A stretch of DNA of 52,813 nt, taken from a virus (Duplodnaviria > Caudoviricetes). A program made the translations under genes and the position numbers. The stretch covers positions 1-52,813 of the IMG/VR virus record IMGVR_UViG_3300037502_004181. One strand, 5' to 3'. The first letter of the stretch is position 1. Each line of letters begins with the position of its first letter. Of the stretch, positions 45,712-52,813 are shown one piece after another. The notes under the pieces are model-generated. The model was given only the letters and a program-made list of their open reading frames with translations. It was not told the DNA's origin and did no database searches.

Positions 45712-46890
45712 ATGACTGAGAAAACCACCCTGCCTGTACCATTTGAGGAAATCACCGAAGCCAAAGCCGTCGAACTGGGCCCCAAACTTTACTCGGTAGC
45801 AGGCGCACTGGACGCCTACTTTGAACACATCCGCACCGAAGCCACCAGCGAAGTGCCGGACTTAACAACCAAAAAAGGCCGCGACCGCATCGCTTCACTG
45901 TCAGCACAGGTAAGCCGCAGCAAGACAGCCATTGAAAAACCCGGCCGCGCCTACCTCAAGCACATCAAGGAATCGGTAAAGCCGGTCGAAACCAACCTGC
46001 GAAGTTTTGTCAATGGATGCGACCAGCTGCGCGATGACGTGCGCAAGCCTTTGACTGACTGGGAAGAAGAACAGAAAGCCAGAGCCCAGCGGCTACAAGC
46101 CATGGTCGATGAGTTTGGCGATCAAGTGCAGTCTATGCGCCAGACGCTGCTCAGTATCGACGTCCACGAGCGTGAAGCGTTTATCGACGAGATCATTGCA
46201 GAGGTACAAGAAACCCCTGTGGATGAGTCATTTGAAGATTTTCAAGAGGCCGGTCAACAGGCGAAGGACGCAGCACTGCGTGACCTGCGGCAATCTCTTG
46301 AAGTCGCGATCATTGAGTCAGACAAAGCTCGAAAAGCCGAGGAAGAAGCCGAGGCACAACGCCAGCGCGAAATCAAAGAAGCTGCCGACAAGGCAGCTGC
46401 TGATGAAAGGGCCAAGGCCGAAGCGGATAAAGTCGAGCGCGAGCGACAAGAACAGCTGGCAAATGAGCACCGAATGACCGCAGATGCGGCCATTACCAAC
46501 CTCACAGACAAGCTATCGCAAATAGGTAGCATCAAAACTCGGGTCGATGCCTCGGCGTTTTATCAGGCTATTGCAGGGGCTGACTTCACTATCGGAACAG
46601 GCCAAGAGTCCGGGCGAGTACTGGATGCTTACGACAAGGTTTATGACGCAGCTCAAGCCAAGTTAGACGAGCTTACAAAGGCCGAGGAAGAATCAGCGCG
46701 CCAAGCTGAAGCTGAGCGCTTGCAGCGTGATGAAGAAGAACGCAGAGCATCAAACGTAGCTCACCGCAAGGCTGTAAACAACGATGTGCTGAGCAAGCTC
46801 AAAGCGCTTGGACTCGATGAACAGACTGCCAAGATGGTAATCACCGCGGCAGCCAAGGAAGAGACTGGCGCCCTTAAGATGATTTACTGA
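45712..46890 (+). CDS. Coiled-coil phage protein
   Basis: PDLTTKKGRDRIAS...VRKPLTDWE, HRKAVNN. Confidence 0.75.
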   Translation: MTEKTTLPVPFEEITEAKAVELGPKLYSVAGALDAYFEHIRTEATSEVPDLTTKKGRDRIASLSAQVSRSKTAIEKPGRAYLKHIKESVKPVETNLRSFVNGCDQLRDDVRKPLTDWEEEQKARAQRLQAMVDEFGDQVQSMRQTLLSIDVHEREAFIDEIIAEVQETPVDESFEDFQEAGQQAKDAALRDLRQSLEVAIIESDKARKAEEEAEAQRQREIKEAADKAAADERAKAEADKVERERQEQLANEHRMTADAAITNLTDKLSQIGSIKTRVDASAFYQAIAGADFTIGTGQESGRVLDAYDKVYDAAQAKLDELTKAEEESARQAEAERLQRDEEERRASNVAHRKAVNNDVLSKLKALGLDEQTAKMVITAAAKEETGALKMIY

Positions 46891-46898
46891 GGATTGCC

Positions 46899-47078
46899 AT
46901 GCAACATCAAAAGACAAAGCCGCAGCCACTGCCAGATGGAAGTATCCATTTAGGCAAGGCTGTTATATGCGCCACAAGCACCGGCGACTGGATAGCACCA
47001 GGGCGCCGGGTAATCACTGACAGAGCCACAGCTGTTGAAGTGGCTCGACGCATGCACAGGATGATGTGCAAGGAGTAA
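46899..47078 (+). CDS. Small protein, DUF1317-like (not in ORF track)
   Basis: My translation MQHQKTKPQPLPDGSIHLGKAVICATSTGDWIAPGRRVITDRATAVEVARRMHRMMCKE; GAGG RBS. Confidence 0.5.
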   Translation: MQHQKTKPQPLPDGSIHLGKAVICATSTGDWIAPGRRVITDRATAVEVARRMHRMMCKE

Positions 47079-47082
47079 TCCG

Positions 47083-47262
47083 ATGTCACCACTTGATGAA
47101 GCTTTTGGTCGCCGGGTTGGCGGCTTCAATAATAGACACGCTCTGGGCGACATGCGACAGTCCGCTGAAGTCCATCAAACTCAACTGAAACGCGGCCAGG
47201 TTCGCCGGCGGATCGAAGATATTCTCGAAGACCGCGAGCTCAATAAGCAATTAGAGATATAG
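47083..47262 (+). CDS. Small hypothetical protein (not in ORF track)
   Basis: AAGGAG RBS; MSPLDEAFGRR...VRRRIEDILEDRELNKQLEI. Confidence 0.5.
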   Translation: MSPLDEAFGRRVGGFNNRHALGDMRQSAEVHQTQLKRGQVRRRIEDILEDRELNKQLEI

Positions 47263-47270
47263 GAGGCAGA

Positions 47271-47861
47271 ATGAAAGTAACCCCTATTAAATTCAACACC
47301 GAAATGATGGATGCCATCATTGCCGGCCGCAAGTCACAAGCTCGCTTACTTGTTAATCCAAAGATTGTTTCGTTCATCGAATTTATGGGCGGTAGCGATG
47401 AAGAAAACTCCAGTTTTGATTTTGTCGGGCTCAGACATGGGGAATGGGAAAGTGACGACGGGACTGTTTGGGGCCCTGAATGGCTTGTTTACTGCACCGA
47501 ATATCCTGAAGAAGGCGTGGTGCCTGTTGGAAGTCTTTACGGCGCCATTGGTGACCAGTTGCTTGCTACTGACGGTGAGCGCAACACCACAATTGAAATA
47601 GCTGGTTTCCGAGTCGAGCGCTTACAGGATATCAGTGAGCAAGATGCAATTGCTGAAGGTGTTTTAGCCGATGAAGATCCCTATTGGATTCCTTCTTTTA
47701 ACGATCCAGACAGTGGTGGCAGGCCATCATTTAAAAAGTCTTTTGAATACCTTTGGTCATCAATTTACAGCGATGTTGGCTGGCATTCAAACCCTTGGGT
47801 ATGGGTAATCGAGTTCAAGGTGTTGACAACTAACGGTGTCATTGGGGAGGAGACAGCATGA
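47271..47861 (+). CDS. Phage ASCH/PUA-like hypothetical protein
   Basis: PIKFNTEMMDAIIAGRKSQAR, ERLQDISEQDAIAEG, NPWVWVIEF. Confidence 0.7.
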   Translation: MKVTPIKFNTEMMDAIIAGRKSQARLLVNPKIVSFIEFMGGSDEENSSFDFVGLRHGEWESDDGTVWGPEWLVYCTEYPEEGVVPVGSLYGAIGDQLLATDGERNTTIEIAGFRVERLQDISEQDAIAEGVLADEDPYWIPSFNDPDSGGRPSFKKSFEYLWSSIYSDVGWHSNPWVWVIEFKVLTTNGVIGEETA

Positions 47862-48178
47862 CCAAACCGCGCCAAATGAACTACCTGCTTCCTGGCGGAG
47901 AATCGGAAAAGCGCTTTGAGCTGTTGCTTTCACGCACCAAGATCCGCTCTGAGGCCGTCATTGGCGCACTGCGTGAAATATACGTCAATGGGCTGCCACA
48001 GGAGAGAGCAGCGGCACGGTTCGGACTCGATAAAAGCAACCTGTCACGCGACATGAGCAAGCTCGAAGAAGTAGCCGCAACGGTTGAGGCTATCAAAGAG
48101 ATTGATTACTGCCACCTCAGTGAGCGCAAGATTCTGCGCGTTCCAGTCCCACAAGTTAAATCCATTCCAGTTAAATAA
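47858..48178 (+). CDS. PapB/FocB-like transcription regulator
   Basis: LLPG.ESEKRFELLLSRTKIRSEAVIGALREIYVNG...AAARFG. Confidence 0.7.
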   Translation: MTKPRQMNYLLPGGESEKRFELLLSRTKIRSEAVIGALREIYVNGLPQERAAARFGLDKSNLSRDMSKLEEVAATVEAIKEIDYCHLSERKILRVPVPQVKSIPVK

Positions 48179-48221
48179 ATTCAAGTCAGTTAACTGACAA
48201 CTTTCAACAAGGATTTACCGA

Positions 48222-49136
48222 ATGAACAACTATGCCCGCCGCTTGGCTGAGCTGAAGGCGAAGCCTTGCCATTTACTCAAAGAGGTCGGTGACCAATGGC
48301 GCACACCGGATGAACTGTACTGGGGGATATTCGCTAAGTTTGGCCCGTTCATCCTCGATATATTCACCGACGGCGACAATGCTAAATGCCCTAACTTCTA
48401 CACAGTTGAAGATAACGCCCTCACCCAAGACTGGACCAAAGACCTAGCTGGCGGCAAAGGCTTCGCTAACCCTCCATACTCGCGCTCAAGCTATGAGGAT
48501 GAGCAGGCTGTCACCGGCATGCGCAACATCATCGCCAAGTCTATCGAGGAACGTGCCAAGGGTGCCAAGTTCGTCTACCTCATCAAGTCGGCCACATCAG
48601 AGGTTTGGTGGCCAGAGGATGCCGATCACATCTGTTTCATCCGTGGACGCATCAGCTTTGACCTGCCTACATGGTTCAAGCCAGCCAACAAGAAGCAAGA
48701 ATCATCAAGCGCCGGATTCGCCTGCGCAATTGCGGTATTCGATAAGACCTGGCGCGGCGAGCGTATGAGCTATGTCAATCGCGACGACCTACTGCGCGAC
48801 GGCCAAGTAATGCTCGATATGATTGCTGCGGCGGCCGAGAAAAAAGCCTCAACCTGCATCACTGGTACAATTGAAACGCGACCGAATGATTCAGCGCCAG
48901 GCACTAGAATCGACCAGCAAGTCGATATGGAGAAACAGATATCACAAGCAGAAAACAACGTCTGGTCTGCAGAGGTCAAGGAGCTAGTTGAGGCTGCTTT
49001 GGATATTGAACCATGCGAGCCAACAGACAGCTTTTATCAGGCTCTGTGCTTTATAGCTAACGAGCGATTGCTGTCGCAATGTGGCAAGCAAGAGATTGTC
49101 AGTTATCTTGTTACCCATCTAAAGGAGGCAGCATGA
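48222..49136 (+). CDS. Phage DNA N6-adenine methyltransferase
   Basis: DQWRTP, LDIF, DNALTQDW, NPPYS, FIRGRISF. Confidence 0.9.
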   Translation: MNNYARRLAELKAKPCHLLKEVGDQWRTPDELYWGIFAKFGPFILDIFTDGDNAKCPNFYTVEDNALTQDWTKDLAGGKGFANPPYSRSSYEDEQAVTGMRNIIAKSIEERAKGAKFVYLIKSATSEVWWPEDADHICFIRGRISFDLPTWFKPANKKQESSSAGFACAIAVFDKTWRGERMSYVNRDDLLRDGQVMLDMIAAAAEKKASTCITGTIETRPNDSAPGTRIDQQVDMEKQISQAENNVWSAEVKELVEAALDIEPCEPTDSFYQALCFIANERLLSQCGKQEIVSYLVTHLKEAA

Positions 49137-49360
49137 AAAACAAACTGATAGACCTCAATAACCATCTATTCGCCCAGCTTGAGCGCCTGAATGATGAAGA
49201 TCTGAAAGGCGATGAACTGCAAGCTGAGATAAACCGCTCCAAGGCCGTTAGCGGTGTTGCAACACAGATAATTGGAAACGCCCGTCTCGCACTCGATGCG
49301 CAGATTGCTGCCAGTGACATGGGTATCAGGCAGGAAGGTTTACCTAAAATGCTGGAGTAA
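49133..49360 (+). CDS. Conserved phage hypothetical protein
   Basis: MKNKLIDLNNHLFAQLERL; ATGA-coupled. Confidence 0.7.
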   Translation: MKNKLIDLNNHLFAQLERLNDEDLKGDELQAEINRSKAVSGVATQIIGNARLALDAQIAASDMGIRQEGLPKMLE

Positions 49361-49365
49361 TCAAA

Positions 49366-50163
49366 ATGAGCCGGTTTATATACACCGAACCTATGATTGA
49401 GTTCTTGAAAGTCACATACCCTGAATGCTCTATTGCTGACACGGCAAGGCTATTCAACTACGCATTTGGCACCAGCAAGAGCGAGAAGGAAATAAAGTCT
49501 TGCATCAAGAATCATGGCATCAAGTGCGGCAGAGTTACCGGCAGCATCAACAAGGGTAAGCTGCGCCTGTTTACTCGAGAGCAATTCGAATGGGTAGAGG
49601 AAAACTATAAGCAGCTATCGCTTCCTCAGTTAACTGAAGCCTTTAACCTAAAATTCGGTACTGAGAGAACCGAAAAGCAGATACGGTCATTTACCCGCAA
49701 CCACGGCATAAAAAGCGGTCGCACTGGCCGTTTCGAGAAAGGTTCCGATTCATGGAATAAAGGAATGAAGGGGTGGCAAGCAGGAGGTAACGCGAAGAAA
49801 ACTCAGTTCAAGAAAGGAATCATCCCACTAAACCACAGGCCAGTAGGCAGTGAACGGGTCAATGTTGATGGCTATATCGAGATAAAAGTTTCAGAGCCAA
49901 ACAAGTGGCGTCTGAAACATCGTGTTGTTTGGGAGCATCACAACCAACAAATTCAGCCTGGACAGATGATCTGGTTCAGGGATAACGACCCCAAAAATTG
50001 CAGCATTGATAACCTGATGCTTGTCACTAGAGCTCAGCATGCAGTGGTTAATAAGCTCGGTCTCCAGTGCGCCACACAGGATTTAAAGGAAACTGCGGTT
50101 TTGCTTGCTGACATAACTATGGCGGCCACAAGACGCAAGAATTCAAGGTGTGGCCCAAGTTAA
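49366..50163 (+). CDS. HNH endonuclease-domain protein
   Basis: PVGSERVNVDGYIEIKV, KHRVVWE, NCSIDNLMLV. Confidence 0.75.
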   Translation: MSRFIYTEPMIEFLKVTYPECSIADTARLFNYAFGTSKSEKEIKSCIKNHGIKCGRVTGSINKGKLRLFTREQFEWVEENYKQLSLPQLTEAFNLKFGTERTEKQIRSFTRNHGIKSGRTGRFEKGSDSWNKGMKGWQAGGNAKKTQFKKGIIPLNHRPVGSERVNVDGYIEIKVSEPNKWRLKHRVVWEHHNQQIQPGQMIWFRDNDPKNCSIDNLMLVTRAQHAVVNKLGLQCATQDLKETAVLLADITMAATRRKNSRCGPS

Positions 50164-50357
50164 TCGGCCAACATCTTACCTGCGCTGATCACTTTCTTTC
50201 TCATAAAACCACCTGAAACCAAACCAAACATGGAGGGCCCTATGCGCATCGACAAACGTGAAACCGACAGAGGATTGCATGCGATAGCCTGCATTATAGC
50301 CTCTGTCATTCTCGGCGCGCTGGTGCTCGCCTTTCACTTCCTTATGGGGGATATACC

Positions 50358-50738
50358 ATGGATATGAGCCAACAACTCGCAGAAGCTCGGCGAGAAATAG
50401 AATCGCTTAAGGCCGCCGTCAGGCTTTCAAACCAGATAATTCACGATCAGGTTGTTGCTAACCAAGCGGCCTGGATTGAGTGGCGCCACGGTAAAGGTGC
50501 TGAAGCGGCTATGAACTGGATCCAGAATGGACTCTTTGGCCCTGTCCATATACCGGATGAAAACGCTCTGTGGGGGAAGGATGCGCAAGCATGGTTTGAT
50601 GCCTACCAATATGAGCCATTCCCAGAGTGTGCCTGCGGCAGACCATCAAACATTCTGTGGATGGGGAAAGGTGCATGTAGTTCAGAATGCTTAACAGTTA
50701 TGAAAGAACAGGCGGTACCAAATGACAGACGCAAATAA
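50358..50738 (+). CDS. Hypothetical protein
   Basis: QAAWIEWRHGKGAEAAMNWI. Confidence 0.6.
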   Translation: MDMSQQLAEARREIESLKAAVRLSNQIIHDQVVANQAAWIEWRHGKGAEAAMNWIQNGLFGPVHIPDENALWGKDAQAWFDAYQYEPFPECACGRPSNILWMGKGACSSECLTVMKEQAVPNDRRK

Positions 50739-51024
50739 TGACTTCCTGCACCGTCAGCTGATAAAGCTAGGTGACATGATGGGGGACGGCCTTCACCATG
50801 AGCCAGATGGCAAATGGATCTCTAAGGAGTACACCAGAATATTGAAGGAGCTGGGGATGCTCCCAAAAAGAAAGCGGGTTAACAGTGACAAAGTCAACGA
50901 AGCCATGCTGCGCCGGGTATCAGACGTTAACTGCGGAAAATGTGGCGGCAAGCTCACCCAAACCCGTTCAGGCTCAAAACGCGCCATCTGCCAAAACGGG
51001 CACAAATGGCAACTTTTAAAATAA
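50722..51024 (+). CDS. Hypothetical zinc-ribbon protein
   Basis: LGDMMGDGLHHE, CGKCGG...C..GH. Confidence 0.6.
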   Translation: MTDANNDFLHRQLIKLGDMMGDGLHHEPDGKWISKEYTRILKELGMLPKRKRVNSDKVNEAMLRRVSDVNCGKCGGKLTQTRSGSKRAICQNGHKWQLLK

Positions 51025-51032
51025 GGCGGTGA

Positions 51033-51380
51033 GTGATGTTTGTTTACAGGGTCCAAGACAAGCGAGGCCGAGGGCCGTTTGGTCCATGGTTGGCCATTAA
51101 GTGGCTCGAGCCAAGAGCGGATCATGACAACCTGACGCCATACTATATCCAATGGCCTGAATTTAGGCCTACCGCGGAAAGTAACCACGGCTGTGCTTGT
51201 ATCAACCTGAACCAGCTCAGGCGTTGGTTTACAGAGTCTGAATACAAGAAGCTTCAGGCATTGGGGTTCAAGGCTGTAAGAATGAAGGTTGATGAAGTCC
51301 TTCGGCAAAGCGAAATCCAGTGCATTTTCAGGAGAAAAAAAGCATTGAGAAAGGATGTTGAGCCCATAGCTCTTTATTAA
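51033..51380 (+). CDS. Hypothetical protein
   Basis: VYRVQDKRGRGPF. Confidence 0.55.
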   Translation: MMFVYRVQDKRGRGPFGPWLAIKWLEPRADHDNLTPYYIQWPEFRPTAESNHGCACINLNQLRRWFTESEYKKLQALGFKAVRMKVDEVLRQSEIQCIFRRKKALRKDVEPIALY

Positions 51381-51513
51381 CCAACTATCCGGTGAGTTCA
51401 GTCTCGATAAGCTGGATAAGCCACTTCTTCAATAGACCTTAATTTGGTACCGACACAGATGTCGGTACCATCCAACTATCCGGAATCTCCGGATCCTTCA
51501 ATTGCCACCATAC

Positions 51514-51538
51514 AACCCGCTACGGCGGGTTTCTTTTT
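51514..51538 (+). terminator. Intrinsic terminator before xis
   Basis: aacccgc-tacg-gcgggtttcttttt. Confidence 0.65.
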
Positions 51539-51550
51539 GAGGTAATCAGA

Positions 51551-51799
51551 ATGCAAACAGCAACGGTACTACCAGAAATCGACTCAATGCGCACGCTGAT
51601 GACCCATGAGGACATTAGCGAGATTACTGGCGCCAAGCAGCCATCAAAGCAAATCGCTGTATTGTGCCGAAACGGCATCCCTCATACTGTAGACGCTAAT
51701 GGGCGGCCAAAGCTCACTTGGTACCAGTACAACAACGCGCACTTGATGCGCCAGCCGGCAAATGATGGGCCAGACTTTGGAGCCCTGGACAGGAGGTAG
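51551..51799 (+). CDS. Putative excisionase (DUF4224-like)
   Basis: EITGAKQPSKQIAVLCRNGIPH..GRP; directly upstream of int. Confidence 0.7.
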   Translation: MQTATVLPEIDSMRTLMTHEDISEITGAKQPSKQIAVLCRNGIPHTVDANGRPKLTWYQYNNAHLMRQPANDGPDFGALDRR

Positions 51800-51802
51800 T
51801 AA

Positions 51803-52813
51803 ATGGGCAGGAAGCGCCTAAATGCAGCAGACAACAAATTGCCGCCCCGGGTGTACCGCGGGCGAGCATCTTTTGAGTGGCATCCAAAGGGAGGCGGATC
51901 AATTCGACTATGCTCACTTGATGCGCCTCTATCTGAAGTTTGGCTGCAGTATGAGCACCATGCAGAACGCCTGAGCAAAACTAACACTGTAGAGCACTTG
52001 GTCAATGCTTTCATGGCCAGTGCCGAGTTTTCAGAGTTGGCCAGGGAAACCAGAAAGGACTATGAGAAGTACAGCAAGCCCCTGTTGAAAGTTTTTTGCG
52101 CCATGCATGTTGATAAAGTGGAACCTCAGCATGTGCGGATTTACATGGACAAGCGAGGCCTGCACAGCGCGATACAGGCTAACCGTGAGCATGCATTTTT
52201 CAGTCGATGTTATCGGTATGGGTATGAGCGCGGCATGTGCAAAGGCAATCCCTGCAAAGGGGTTCGAAAATTCAAGGAGAAAGCTCGCACCCGCTACGTG
52301 ACCGATATTGAATATCAGGCGCTGTACGATGCTGCTGATCCTGTGGTTAAGGTGGCCATGGAGCTGGCATATCTGTGCTGCGCCCGTCAGCAAGACGTGC
52401 TTTCCATGCGCACCAGCCAGTTACTGGAGCGCGGGATCTTCATTGCACAGAGCAAAACTGGCGTTGAGCAAATCAAGCTGTGGACGCCAAGACTCAGAGC
52501 AGCCGTCACCCTGGCAAAATCACTGGCACCGGCCGGAGTGGTATCAACTTTCGTGATCTGCAAGCCTGATGGCGGTTCTTGGACAAGGGACGGATTCAAC
52601 ACGCGCTGGCGTAAAGCGAGGCAGCAGGCCAGAGCGATATCTGGATTGCCACTTGATTTCACGTTTCACGATCTAAAAGCAAAGGGAATATCTGACCTAT
52701 CAGGGAGCCTTCAGGATAAGCAGGCAGTATCCGGTCACAAGCACATAGGCCAGACAGCAAGATATGATCGAAAGGTCAAAGAGGTTCCGGTGGTCGGAGG
52801 CGACAGCAAGTGA
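51803..52813 (+). CDS. int: Phage integrase (tyrosine recombinase)
   Basis: CARQQDV (R), QSKTG (K), FHDLKAK, SGH and Y catalytic residues. Confidence 0.92.
   Translation: MGRKRLNAADNKLPPRVYRGRASFEWHPKGGGSIRLCSLDAPLSEVWLQYEHHAERLSKTNTVEHLVNAFMASAEFSELARETRKDYEKYSKPLLKVFCAMHVDKVEPQHVRIYMDKRGLHSAIQANREHAFFSRCYRYGYERGMCKGNPCKGVRKFKEKARTRYVTDIEYQALYDAADPVVKVAMELAYLCCARQQDVLSMRTSQLLERGIFIAQSKTGVEQIKLWTPRLRAAVTLAKSLAPAGVVSTFVICKPDGGSWTRDGFNTRWRKARQQARAISGLPLDFTFHDLKAKGISDLSGSLQDKQAVSGHKHIGQTARYDRKVKEVPVVGGDSK

Larger units (their letters stand above)
1744..52813. mobile_element. Lambdoid temperate prophage (siphovirus-type tail) integrated at tRNA-Leu, apparently intact; other att site expected just beyond the window end
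   Basis: Continuous int-xis, recombination, cI/cro/cII, O/P, Q, lysis, terminase, portal, capsid and tail modules bounded by a tRNA fragment and an integrase. Confidence 0.95.

Noticed and set aside
48222-50163. Methyltransferase plus HNH as a restriction-modification system
   Set aside because: Both are common stand-alone phage genes, separated by another ORF; nothing indicates a cognate pair
5256-52813. Additional VR copies elsewhere in the prophage
   Set aside because: None seen by eye and no other protein ends in a GFRP motif; an exact search of the whole genome is still needed

Overview
The window has one host gene (an HD-family dGTP triphosphohydrolase, 1-1335) followed by an apparently complete ~51 kb lambdoid siphovirus-type prophage. 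The prophage runs from a displaced 3' fragment of tRNA-Leu(TAA) at 1744-1805 (att junction) to a tyrosine integrase ending at 52813. The host is probably a marine gammaproteobacterium such as Shewanella; this is inference only. Integration, recombination, cI/cro/cII, replication, Q, lysis, head and tail modules are all present without visible disruption. The main feature is a complete diversity-generating retroelement (DGR) at the end of the tail operon. It consists of an Mtd-like tail-fibre target with a variable repeat (VR 3897-4013), a GRNA-loop hairpin, avd, a template repeat (TR 3343-3459) and a reverse transcriptase. TR and VR differ at 15 of 117 positions, 14 of them TR adenines. The TR lies in frame inside the RT ORF, whose only canonical upstream start overlaps the avd stop. 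Other notable structure: a second lambda pR'-like late promoter/terminator unit just upstream of rha-J-fibre-DGR; a pseudoknot-like leader RNA; a P22 immI-like mnt/arc/sar/antirepressor cassette; a tape-measure gene placed after M-L-K-I between 28-bp direct repeats; three helically phased 3xACGCGT arrays (candidate origin); nested repeats in J; and several morons. All family assignments are from motif recognition by eye, not from searches.
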